This document shows, one piece after another, positions 9,094-17,871 of a DNA stretch of 64,000 nt. The stretch is from Clostridia bacterium (lineage in GTDB: Bacteria; Bacteroidota; Bacteroidia; Bacteroidales; 4484-276). The stretch is taken from positions 10,147 through 74,146 of the forward strand of contig SABY01000002.1 in the NCBI GenBank assembly GCA_009928785.1, read 5' to 3'. A model generated the notes under the pieces. The model ran no database searches. It worked only from the letters and a program-made list of their open reading frames with translations, and was not told where the DNA came from. The translations under genes were made by a program, and so were the position numbers. How positions within the stretch are numbered: the stretch's first letter is position 1; every line of letters begins with the position of its first letter.

Positions 9094-10266
9094 CTATTTT
9101 GCTATTTCCATTTTATAAATAGCTACCTGATAGGGCGCAAGCTCGCCCGATAGCCTGTGGTTTTTAACAGATAAACTATCGGGCCGTTTGGGAAAAAAAT
9201 TAACAGCTTCTCCAGCCACATCGTCGGGCAAAGGTATTTCGTACTGCTGATTATTTTCTGCATCTGCATTTACAGCTATCAGATAAAATGCGCTGTTGTA
9301 GCGCCAGGTAGCATAATATTTAAACTGGTAAATATTATGGTATTCGTGCAATCCATGGAGGATAACATCTTTCCACTCGCTCTGAAGTATCTCGTTTGCT
9401 ACATTTGAAGCAGCCCCAAACACTTCCGGTTGCGTAACGTCGATGGTGGAGTTGTTGTCGTAATCTTTAAAAGTATAATACAAAATCCCTTTCATCCCCG
9501 TGACGAAAGCCAGATAAGTCTGGCAGTCGATGTGGGCAGCAGAAGGATAGGTTTGGTTGTCCCAGTTGTAGGTTTGGGGCGTCGCCATCGGGAAAATATG
9601 TTTCTCGTTACAATCCAAAACAAGATTTCGAAAATAGAAATTAGAGCGGTCGAGATTGTGACCTTCGCCTTGAAGCCCCCACGGATACGACTGCATTAAA
9701 GCTACGTCGGTAAAAGGCAGCATGTAGGGAACGGGAGGCTCAATATCGGCAAAGCTGGTAGTGGTAACCCTGCTATGGTCGAGCGCCATGAGATGGTTTT
9801 TTTGGTTTTCTACTTCCGAAATTTCCATATAGTTGGCATCATCCATCAGATTCCAGGCCACCAAAGCAGCGTGCTGCCTGAAAGTATTAATATACAAGTC
9901 GAACAATTCGGGCGTAACTGATTGCCACAGCAAACCATTCACTACACGCACCTGCTGCGCTTCACACTTTTGTAGAAAGGTTTCGTAATTAGCCAGGTAT
10001 TCTGCTAATTCTTCCGGGCTTTTCAAATAGCTTTCGGCAAAAAGGAAATTAAATCCTCCCGAAGCAATTTGCTCTGCCAGATCGGGATATTCGTCAAAGG
10101 GAATTGCTTCACAATAAAACCCAAACGGAAGGAAAGCCTCGTCGTAAACGATGAGGTTGAGATCGTCATCCACATAACTTATTGTCTGCGTGGCAGCGCT
10201 AAGCGCAAATCCGATTAACAACCAAAACAAACCCATACTTTTACAAATCCTGCCTAACGTTTTCAT
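9094..10266 (-). CDS. secreted hypothetical protein, paralog of 10269-11747 (no T9SS sorting domain)
   Basis: Has a signal peptide. Collinear similarity to the upstream gene (ISYVDDDLNLIVYDEAFLPFGFYCE vs VSYVNDDGNLVVDEEAFLPVGFYCE; ...SPYQVAIYKM in both). Fold unknown; a TIM-barrel hydrolase-like fold is only a guess. Confidence 0.6.
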   Translation of the reverse strand: MKTLGRICKSMGLFWLLIGFALSAATQTISYVDDDLNLIVYDEAFLPFGFYCEAIPFDEYPDLAEQIASGGFNFLFAESYLKSPEELAEYLANYETFLQKCEAQQVRVVNGLLWQSVTPELFDLYINTFRQHAALVAWNLMDDANYMEISEVENQKNHLMALDHSRVTTTSFADIEPPVPYMLPFTDVALMQSYPWGLQGEGHNLDRSNFYFRNLVLDCNEKHIFPMATPQTYNWDNQTYPSAAHIDCQTYLAFVTGMKGILYYTFKDYDNNSTIDVTQPEVFGAASNVANEILQSEWKDVILHGLHEYHNIYQFKYYATWRYNSAFYLIAVNADAENNQQYEIPLPDDVAGEAVNFFPKRPDSLSVKNHRLSGELAPYQVAIYKMEIAK

Positions 10267-10268
10267 GG

Positions 10269-11747
10269 CTAATATTTTATGATTTTAATGGTTTGAATTT
10301 GCTTGCCCGCTTTCGCGGAAATGCTGAGCAGGTAAATGCCATCGGGCAGCGCTACCAGATTTATCGATTCGCCGGGCATTACTTCCGTCAACGCCATTAC
10401 AAGCCTCCCATGCGGATTAAAAACCCTGTAACTAAATTTATTTTCCACACCCGAAATTGAAAACCTTCCTTTTGTCGGATTGGGAATAGCAGTGATTGTT
10501 GCTTTAGTGGCCTGCTTTTGAGCAAAACCGGTATTGATATCCATTTTATAAATAGCAACCTGATACGGTGATAAACTTCCGGTGAGGTGATTGTTAATCA
10601 ATGATAAGCTATCGGGGCGGTAGTCGAAAAGGTTAACCGGCTCACCGATAACATCGTCGGGCAGGGGAATATCGTACGCAAAGCAAATATCCGCGCTGGC
10701 GTTGGCGGCCATTACGTATAAATTATTGTTATATCTCCAGGTGGCATAGTGGCGATACTGACCAATGTTGAAATATTGATGCTCGCCGTGCAGAATAACC
10801 TCCTTTAGTTCACTTTGTAATATTTCTGCGGCAATATCGCAAGCAGCCTGATAAAGCTCCGGCTGTGTAATGTTGATGGTAGAATAGTTGTCGGAATCGA
10901 GAAAGGCATAAAAGAGAATACCTTTGTTACCGGCAATAAAACCCAGATAGCTCTGGCAGTCGAGATGGTCAGCCGATGGATAAGAATTATTTTCCCATGT
11001 ATGCGTCTGCGCTATTATCATTGGAAATACGACTTGATGGGCTGTTGTTTTTTTATGAAAACGGTATCTGTACGCCACCATGTCGAGGTCGGGCGTGCCC
11101 CAGGGATAACCCCACGGTCCCTGATAAAAAATGGAACTTTCCAGATGTTGTATCATATACTGAAAAGGGGGCGTAATCAATTCAAAATCGGCCATGCTTA
11201 TCCTGGTAGTGTCGAGTTGCTGCAATTGCTGCTTTTGCTGTTCCATCACTGCAAGCTCGGCGTAGTTGGCATTAAACAGCAAATTGTAGCCAATCAATGA
11301 CGGGAAGATTTTCAGGGCATTTACATAATCATCAAACCGTGAAGGGTCGTTGAGATATTGTGGCAACACAATGATATTTTTGAGTTTTAAGCCATTGCAT
11401 TGATTGAGAAACATCTCGTAGCTAATGATATCCGGGACGTAAGTTTCGGTAACGATTGTATTAAAACCTCCATCAGCAATATCCTGAGCCAGGGCAGGCC
11501 AGGTATAAAAGTTCATGTATTCGCAATAGAAACCGACAGGCAAAAATGCCTCTTCATCCACCACCAGATTCCCATCATCATTTACATAGCTCACCAGTTG
11601 GCCAAAGGCTGCGCTGCTTAAAATCATCAATACAGCCAAAAATGCCCGGCGCAGCGACAGGAAATTATTACCTGCTGGCAGAGCTTTCGGAGCGCAGAAC
11701 TGACTGTTTTGCGTCAATTTTATAAATAGATTCATATTCTCGGCCAC
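10269..11747 (-). CDS. secreted hypothetical protein with T9SS C-terminal sorting domain
   Basis: Paralog of 9094-10266 plus a C-terminal extension of about 90 aa, IPNPTKGRFSISG...LPDGIYLLSISAKAGKQIQTIKIIKY, typical of a type A Por/T9SS sorting domain. The exact start is uncertain. Confidence 0.7.
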   Translation of the reverse strand: MAENMNLFIKLTQNSQFCAPKALPAGNNFLSLRRAFLAVLMILSSAAFGQLVSYVNDDGNLVVDEEAFLPVGFYCEYMNFYTWPALAQDIADGGFNTIVTETYVPDIISYEMFLNQCNGLKLKNIIVLPQYLNDPSRFDDYVNALKIFPSLIGYNLLFNANYAELAVMEQQKQQLQQLDTTRISMADFELITPPFQYMIQHLESSIFYQGPWGYPWGTPDLDMVAYRYRFHKKTTAHQVVFPMIIAQTHTWENNSYPSADHLDCQSYLGFIAGNKGILFYAFLDSDNYSTINITQPELYQAACDIAAEILQSELKEVILHGEHQYFNIGQYRHYATWRYNNNLYVMAANASADICFAYDIPLPDDVIGEPVNLFDYRPDSLSLINNHLTGSLSPYQVAIYKMDINTGFAQKQATKATITAIPNPTKGRFSISGVENKFSYRVFNPHGRLVMALTEVMPGESINLVALPDGIYLLSISAKAGKQIQTIKIIKY

Positions 11748-12043
11748 TTAAGTAAAATGGCAAAGGTAAGGCATAATTGTGTCGGTAAAAAATAAACCGC
11801 GCAACGCACCGGAAAACGGACATTCAGAATACCTGACCAGTTGATTGTTTTTCAACGAGCCATAATTTCTTTATCCCAATTCACATTGTCGCTAATACAA
11901 GTTTCTACTAAAGAAATATTTACAGATTTTATTTTTGTATTTTCAAGCTGATAAGGATAGTTATTTGGATGGTTTTGGGCGAAGGAATAAAAACCTTATT
12001 TCTAATCCATTAACCTTAGTAGAAAATTTCAACAACTCGTAGC

Positions 12044-12087
12044 AACCTTATTACCTTATCAAATGCCGACAATAAGGTAATAAGGTT
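12044..12087. other. perfect 16-bp inverted repeat (stem-loop) in a long intergenic region
   Basis: AACCTTATTACCTTAT - 12 nt - ATAAGGTAATAAGGTT, read directly from the sequence. Confidence 0.8.
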
Positions 12088-12282
12088 GGGTAATCGTTAT
12101 TAAACCTCGTTCTCTACTAAGTTTTTAGGAAACAGGATAAGGTTTTCAATGTCAAAGACCTCCTCCCACGACTACTCTTGCACTCTTGCCGGAAGAGACC
12201 CTGAGTTTGTTGTTGTCGCCTTTGTTAGGTAATCAAGATTTGTGTGTAAACCCCCGGACATCCGGGGTTAATGATTAATTGG

Positions 12283-13563
12283 CTAAAGACCGATGATGAC
12301 CGGGTCGTCGCCATCTTCTAAGGATATTAATTGCACATCCGCAAAAGTGTTGGGCTGTGCCTGATGCGCCGGAAATTTCACCGGAACGTATAATTCTCCA
12401 TACCCCTGCGCCATGCCATCTTCGATTTTTTCGATTAGTACCCGTTGCCTTTTCCCGATAAGGGATTTGCGAAAGCATCGCTTTTCGGCATCAGCTACTT
12501 GCCGCAACTGCTCGCTGCGATGGGTTTTTTCTTTTTCACTTACGTGATCGGACATGCGCTCGGCGCGGGTATTTTTTCTTACAGAATATTTAAAAGTGTG
12601 AACGTGGCCGAGGTTTAAGTCTTTTACAAGCCGGAGTGTGTCATCAAAATCCTGCTGCGTTTCGCCGGGAAATCCAACTATTATATCTGTGGTAAAATTG
12701 AAAAGCGGATAGCGCGTACGTACCTTCTCTACTATTTGGCGAAAGCCGGCAACGGAATACATGCGCCGCATGGCAAGCAAAATCTTGTCGGAGCCGCTTT
12801 GCAGGCACAGGTGCATGTGGGGGGTAAGTTTGGGATGATCGAAAAGATCGAACAACTTGTCGCCAAAGCCGTCGGGTTCGATGGAGCCGATGCGCAGGCG
12901 AAAGTCGCCAGGCAGCTCCAAAATGCCCGCCACCAGGTCTTCAAAATTCAAACCTTCGGCATTGTATCTCCCAATGTTGACACCGGTGAGCACGATCTCT
13001 TTATAACCAAAATCCACCACGCGGCGGATGTTGTCATAGACCTCCTGCGGTTTGCGGCTGATGGCACGTCCACGCACGCGCGGGATAATGCAAAATGTGC
13101 AGAAGTTGTCGCAGCCATCCTGAATCTTTATCCAGCTACGTGTATGAAAAGTTTCGCGTGCCGGCTCATAATCGAATAGCGCGGCGTCGTAGCTGTCGGG
13201 ATGCACCACCTCGCCTTTGTAGTGGCCGTCGATAAGTTCGAAGATGGAGCTTTTGTGTTCGTTGTCCACAAACCAGGTAACGTTGGGCTGCTGCTGTTCG
13301 AGCTGCTCGCGGTGATTGTTGACCATGCAGCCCGTCACCACCAGCATGGCATCCTGATGTTTTTTGGCTGCCTGGCTAATCACCTGTCGCGACTTGCTGT
13401 CGCTTTGGTTGGTAACGGTGCAGGTGTTGACCACCACCACGTCGGCGGCATCCTCAAAATCGACCACCTGGTAGCCGCTGCTGCTAAAGCGCGATGCCAG
13501 CGAGTCGGTTTCAAATTGATTGAGGCGGCAACCCAGGGTTTTGAAAGCTATTTTTTTCATCAA
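12283..13563 (-). CDS. mtaB: radical-SAM methylthiotransferase, MtaB-like (tRNA ms2t6A)
   Basis: N-terminal UPF0004 domain (IAFKTLGCRLNQFETD), radical SAM CxxxCxxC (CDNFCTFCIIP) and a C-terminal TRAM-like region. Confidence 0.65.
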   Translation of the reverse strand: MMKKIAFKTLGCRLNQFETDSLASRFSSSGYQVVDFEDAADVVVVNTCTVTNQSDSKSRQVISQAAKKHQDAMLVVTGCMVNNHREQLEQQQPNVTWFVDNEHKSSIFELIDGHYKGEVVHPDSYDAALFDYEPARETFHTRSWIKIQDGCDNFCTFCIIPRVRGRAISRKPQEVYDNIRRVVDFGYKEIVLTGVNIGRYNAEGLNFEDLVAGILELPGDFRLRIGSIEPDGFGDKLFDLFDHPKLTPHMHLCLQSGSDKILLAMRRMYSVAGFRQIVEKVRTRYPLFNFTTDIIVGFPGETQQDFDDTLRLVKDLNLGHVHTFKYSVRKNTRAERMSDHVSEKEKTHRSEQLRQVADAEKRCFRKSLIGKRQRVLIEKIEDGMAQGYGELYVPVKFPAHQAQPNTFADVQLISLEDGDDPVIIGL

Positions 13564-13572
13564 ACTATATTG

Positions 13573-13668
13573 TCATCCACAAAAGTCAAGGTCTTTTGTG
13601 TATCGCTTTATTTTTTGCGAGGCTTGGAACATATCGTCCAATAGCAGCCGGGTATCACGTTTAGACAT
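13573..13668 (-). pseudogene. truncated HEPN (DUF86-type) toxin remnant, 31 codons
   Basis: The ATG overlaps the MNT stop (TATGTCTAA). Translation MSKRDTRLLLDDMFQASQKIKRYTKDLDFCG* resembles the N-terminus of DUF86 HEPN proteins. It stops 9 nt before the mtaB start, so the Rx4-6H region is absent. Confidence 0.55.
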
Positions 13669-13951
13669 AAATTAAGTCGGAATTGATAGTTGCTAAATAT
13701 TTTTCTTTAATTCCTCTTTTTGAAACTAAATCAACTTTAAGACCGATAATCTTTTCCAGATCATCGGCCAAATCAACGAACCTGATCCCTATTCTATCTG
13801 AAAACTCTATTAGAATATCCAAATCACTGGAGTCGTTTTGTGTTTTGCGTGTGTATGAACCAAAAATCGTCATTGATTTTATGGGATAGTCACTAAACAA
13901 TCTGTCTTTATGACTATTCAAAATGGTTTTTATTTCTGATAAAGTTTTCAT
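13661..13951 (-). CDS. nucleotidyltransferase-domain protein (MNT/MntA-type antitoxin)
   Basis: 96 aa with the minimal NTase motif FGSYTRKTQNDSSDLDILIEF. Confidence 0.85.
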   Translation of the reverse strand: MKTLSEIKTILNSHKDRLFSDYPIKSMTIFGSYTRKTQNDSSDLDILIEFSDRIGIRFVDLADDLEKIIGLKVDLVSKRGIKEKYLATINSDLIYV

Positions 13952-14013
13952 AATCCAAAAATATCAAAATTTAATCATCCATAAAAATGATTTTTAAAAC
14001 ATTAGCGCATTGC

Positions 14014-15372
14014 CTAATGCCCTTCGCTTAGCACAGCCACCGCCACGCGCTCGCCTTCTACCGAGAAGTCGGTGGCGCTGGTGATAACGATGTCGGTGAA
14101 CTTACCAATGAGTGTTTCTTCGGTGGCGGCAAAGCGGCAAACGATTTTTCCTTCGGTCAATGCCGAAAGAAATCCCGGTTTGCGGTCGTGGCCGGTCACC
14201 AGCACACGATAGCTTTTCCCGACCATATTTGTATTGTGCACCAGCGCATGCTTACGCAAATCGTTGCTCAGCTCGTGGTAGCGGCGGCGCTTGATGTCGG
14301 GCGCGATGTCGTCGGCCCACCGGGAGCTGGCCGCGCCGGGTCGGGGTGAATATTGCGCAATATACGCCATGTTGTATTTAAACTCCTCCATCATGTGGCG
14401 GGTATTTTCATGCTGCTCTTCGGTTTCGCCCGAAAAACCGGTGATGATGTCAGTAAAAATAGTGGCATCGGGAATCATCCGGTGGATCGAGTGAATGATC
14501 TGGCGGTATTTTTCGACCGTATGCTTGCGGTTCATGTGGATGAGCACTTTGTCGTCGCCGCTCTGTACGGGCAAATGAAACTGCCGCGCCAGGCAACGGT
14601 AGCGCGCCACCACTTCCACTACTTCGTCGGTCATGTCGCGCGGGTGTGGCGAGGTGAAGTAAACCCAAAATTCATGTCCCAGGTCCTCCCCCATCCTTCC
14701 CACAGCTTCGAGCAATTGCGGAAACGAAAGCTCCTCGCCTTTTTTATCCAGACCATACGAATTTACATTTTGCCCCAGCAAAGTAATGGATTTATAACCC
14801 TGCTCCACCAGTTGCTGCACTTCATGGATTATCTCGCCGGAAGGACGCGACACTTCACGTCCGCGGGTGTAGGGTACGGCGCAAAAGGTGCAAAATTTAT
14901 CACAGCCATTTTGTATGGGTACAAAAGCCTCGAAGTCGGAGCTGTAGTGGGGCGTGATGCGCCAAAATTCGTCGATGCTGTCGTTGGAAGGCATGCGTTT
15001 CAGATCACCAAATAGCGAGGCTGGCGTCACCACACCATAGTGGCGAATCATCTCCGGCAGCTTTTCCAGCTCGCTCATTCGGAAAACGATGTCGAAGAGT
15101 TTCAGGAATTTCTCCATGTCGGCGGGCAGAATACACCCGGAGATAAAAGTGATGAGGTTGCGGCGGCTCTTCCACTTGTTCCAGCGGGTGATGCGCGAAT
15201 AAACCTTGTCGATGGCCTTTTGGCGCACCGAGCAGGCCAATATCCCCACCAGGTTGGCTTCTTCTTCGTGGTCGGTCCACTGGTAGCCGGTTTGCGTTTC
15301 GATGATGGTGCGCACCCGTTCGCTGTCCGACATATTCATTTGGCATCCGAGGGTTATCAGATGATATTTCAT
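14014..15372 (-). CDS. miaB: radical-SAM methylthiotransferase, MiaB-like
   Basis: HLITLGCQMNMSDSE N-terminal cluster domain, CDKFCTFCAVPYTRG radical SAM motif and a C-terminal TRAM-like domain. The family is certain; the MiaB versus RimO assignment is tentative. Confidence 0.55.
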   Translation of the reverse strand: MKYHLITLGCQMNMSDSERVRTIIETQTGYQWTDHEEEANLVGILACSVRQKAIDKVYSRITRWNKWKSRRNLITFISGCILPADMEKFLKLFDIVFRMSELEKLPEMIRHYGVVTPASLFGDLKRMPSNDSIDEFWRITPHYSSDFEAFVPIQNGCDKFCTFCAVPYTRGREVSRPSGEIIHEVQQLVEQGYKSITLLGQNVNSYGLDKKGEELSFPQLLEAVGRMGEDLGHEFWVYFTSPHPRDMTDEVVEVVARYRCLARQFHLPVQSGDDKVLIHMNRKHTVEKYRQIIHSIHRMIPDATIFTDIITGFSGETEEQHENTRHMMEEFKYNMAYIAQYSPRPGAASSRWADDIAPDIKRRRYHELSNDLRKHALVHNTNMVGKSYRVLVTGHDRKPGFLSALTEGKIVCRFAATEETLIGKFTDIVITSATDFSVEGERVAVAVLSEGH

Positions 15373-15420
15373 TTTATAAAAGTCTAAATATTAAAAAAGA
15401 AATCCATAGCGCACAGGTCA

Positions 15421-16098
15421 TCAGAAATAGACCTCGGCGTGCATGTTTTCGGTAGGCACACCTTTTTGTGCGAGAATCTCAAAAGCTTCATGGATCATTT
15501 TTACGTTGCCGCAAAGGTAATATTGTGTGGTGGTGTCGATGGCCGTCTGGCGCAGATAATCCGTTACACGGCCGTTGAAGTTACTGCTGGTGTCGCCGGT
15601 TGTGCAAAGGATGTAGCGATCGGGGTGGTACTGGTCGCGTTCGTAAGCTTCATTACTATATCTAACGCCGTGCAGCAACGTGTAGTCGAGCTGCGGATAG
15701 CTACGCACGAAGCTGCGGAATGGCGCTATTCCCGTGCCGCTGGCGATAAACACGAAGCGGGCAGTGTTGATTTCGTCGGGTCTTAATGTAAAAAATCCCA
15801 GGGGGCCATCCATCTGAAGTTGCGTGCCGGGCTTGAGTTTTTTCAGGCGGCGGCTTACATCGCCTTCGAGCACCTCTTTGATGAGCACCTCGAAATATTC
15901 GTCGTTCTCGCCACTATAAACCGAATATTCGCGGGCATTGTTTTCGTCTTTTATGCCAAGAATTACATGTTGTCCGGCCAGGAATTCCCGCTGGTGCCGG
16001 TCGAAGCGCAGCACGTAAGCGGCGGGAGTAAGATTCCTGATTTCCTGCACAGTGATGGCTTTGGTGGCGGCAGGTGTGTGAGTTGTCAGTTGCGTCAT
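15421..16098 (-). CDS. FAD/NAD(P)-binding ferredoxin/flavodoxin reductase-like oxidoreductase
   Basis: REYSVYS (RxYS FAD motif) and FIASGTGIAPFRSF (NAD(P) binding). 225 aa, the plant-type FNR-like two-domain size. Confidence 0.75.
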   Translation of the reverse strand: MTQLTTHTPAATKAITVQEIRNLTPAAYVLRFDRHQREFLAGQHVILGIKDENNAREYSVYSGENDEYFEVLIKEVLEGDVSRRLKKLKPGTQLQMDGPLGFFTLRPDEINTARFVFIASGTGIAPFRSFVRSYPQLDYTLLHGVRYSNEAYERDQYHPDRYILCTTGDTSSNFNGRVTDYLRQTAIDTTTQYYLCGNVKMIHEAFEILAQKGVPTENMHAEVYF

Positions 16099-16273
16099 GT
16101 CAAAAGTAAATTCTCAAAATTAATCCTCCTGCAAGGCGGAGTTTTTTTATTAAGAAGGATTAACAGGCGCCAGGCGGGGTTGTTCATCATAATAAAGCGT
16201 CATTCATCAAAGTAAACAACTGAATCTGGTGGCTAAGGTTTGTCAGTTAGATTGCCCAATTTTACTTCGGCAT

Positions 16274-16528
16274 GGCTCTGATATAAAATTTTGGAGCCAG
16301 GCTGTTCACTAACCCCGGCCTTTAGGCCGGGGGTCAAGGCATAAGTATTTCATTGGGCTTTAGCCCAAATTAATAGAATGTTATGTTGAGTTCATGGAAA
16401 GATATTAATGTAAAAGTATTGCGGGCTAAAGCCCGTCGGTTTCTGACAGTACTTTCTGACCCCGCCCTGAAGGGCGGGGTTATTGACATGTTGCAGATAA
16501 ACTACACACAATAAGTAATATCAGAGCC
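16274..16528 (+). mobile_element. MITE-like / structured repeat element, copy 2
   Basis: Perfect 11-bp terminal inverted repeat GGCTCTGATAT ... ATATCAGAGCC. Flanked by TTCGGCAT (16266-16273) and TTCGACAT (16529-16536). Shares the same internal hairpins as copy 1, plus an extra GGGCTTTAGCCC hairpin. Confidence 0.6.
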
Positions 16529-16691
16529 TTCGACATTTAAAAGTTGCTTAATAGCACCGATTTTATGGAAAGCTCGCCGGAGTTTTTAGAATAGAAAACA
16601 ATTAGTGGCAGCGCCTCCAGCCTCTTGCGACCTCATGCTTTCTGCTTTTTTGGATTATCTTTGCAGGAATTTTAAACATAAAGATTTAGAT

Positions 16692-17396
16692 ATGAACATC
16701 ATTGTAACAGGAGCCAGCAGAGGGATTGGTAATGCCCTGGTAAGAAAGTTATCTGCCGATCCTGCACATCATATCATAGCTCTGGCACGCGACGCTGAAA
16801 AGTTGGATGCATTGGCAAAAGCGTGTATCAAAAGCAACAGCGAAGCGCATGTGCACCCTATTGCCTTCGACCTGCTCACACCCGATTATTCCTTTAGCCT
16901 TATACCCAAAATCGTAGAAGTCTTCGATAGCATCGATGTGCTGGTTAATAATGCCGGCCTGTTGATAAAGAAAGATTTTGCAGCGTTTTCCGATGCAGAT
17001 TTTGATGCCTTGATGAACGTCAACGTAAAAAGTGTTTTCAAACTCACGCGGACGTTGCTCTCCTTTTTTGCCCGTCCGTCACACATCGTCAATATTAGCA
17101 GCATGGGCGGCATGCAAGGTACCGCCAAGTTTCCTGGATTGTCGTTATACAGCGCTGCCAAAGGCGCTGTATCAGTGCTCACTGAAGCGCTGGCCGAGGA
17201 GCTGTCCGACAGAGAGATTGCGGTGAACTGTCTGGCTTATGGCGCCGTGCAGACGGAGATGCTTGCACAGGCTTTTCCGGGCTATACGGCGCCGCTCAAC
17301 CCCGATAAGATGGCGGAATTTGTAGCCTGGTTTGCCACCAACGGGCACCATTTTTTTAACGGAAAAATACTCCCGGTTTCTTCATCAACACCCTAA
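16692..17396 (+). CDS. SDR-family oxidoreductase
   Basis: MNIIVTGASRGIGNALV Rossmann motif; NNAG; YSAAK catalytic motif. The ATG at 16692 is preferred to the upstream GTG at 16605. Confidence 0.85.
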   Translation: MNIIVTGASRGIGNALVRKLSADPAHHIIALARDAEKLDALAKACIKSNSEAHVHPIAFDLLTPDYSFSLIPKIVEVFDSIDVLVNNAGLLIKKDFAAFSDADFDALMNVNVKSVFKLTRTLLSFFARPSHIVNISSMGGMQGTAKFPGLSLYSAAKGAVSVLTEALAEELSDREIAVNCLAYGAVQTEMLAQAFPGYTAPLNPDKMAEFVAWFATNGHHFFNGKILPVSSSTP

Positions 17397-17413
17397 AAAT
17401 GTAAATCTGAATA

Positions 17414-17836
17414 ATGGATCACCAGGACATCATAACACACAGCGGCATCATCACACGGCGCGAAGGCGGAACCATTTACGTAAGCATCATAGCTGAGTCG
17501 GCTTGCTCGGCCTGCCATGCCAAAGGTGTCTGCGGCATGTCGGAGATGCAGGAAAAGGTTGTGGAGATAAACGACACCAGTCATACGGAACTTGCCGTGG
17601 GCACTCCTGTGACGGTAGCCATGAAGCGATCCACCGGACTTAAAGCTGTTCTTTACGGATATTTCCTGCCTTTTGTGCTGTTGCTGACAACACTTTTCGT
17701 TGCTTTGGGTTATGTGGATAATGAAGGCAAAGCAGGTTTGCTGGCATTGGCCATTCTGCTGCCCTACTATCTTGGGCTTTACATGCTGCGCGACAAAATG
17801 AAATCAGGATTTGAATTTTCGATACTCGACACATAA
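17414..17836 (+). CDS. RseC/MucC-family (SoxR-reducing system) membrane protein
   Basis: N-terminal cysteine motif ACSACHAKGVCG followed by two TM helices, about 140 aa. Confidence 0.7.
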   Translation: MDHQDIITHSGIITRREGGTIYVSIIAESACSACHAKGVCGMSEMQEKVVEINDTSHTELAVGTPVTVAMKRSTGLKAVLYGYFLPFVLLLTTLFVALGYVDNEGKAGLLALAILLPYYLGLYMLRDKMKSGFEFSILDT

Positions 17837-17871
17837 TTATCAAACTACTTCTTCATTTACACTACAATCAC

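Noticed and set aside
11900-11935. Resemblance of AAGTTTCTACTAAAGAAATATTTACAGAT to a Cas12a-type direct repeat (AATTTCTACT...GTAGAT)
   Set aside because: The stem does not match (TTTCT/AGAAA rather than TCTAC/GTAGA). There is only one such copy, with no spacer-repeat periodicity and no cas genes in the window.
14353-15015. 220-aa + strand ORF
   Set aside because: It is antisense to the MiaB-like radical-SAM gene, whose motifs are unambiguous.
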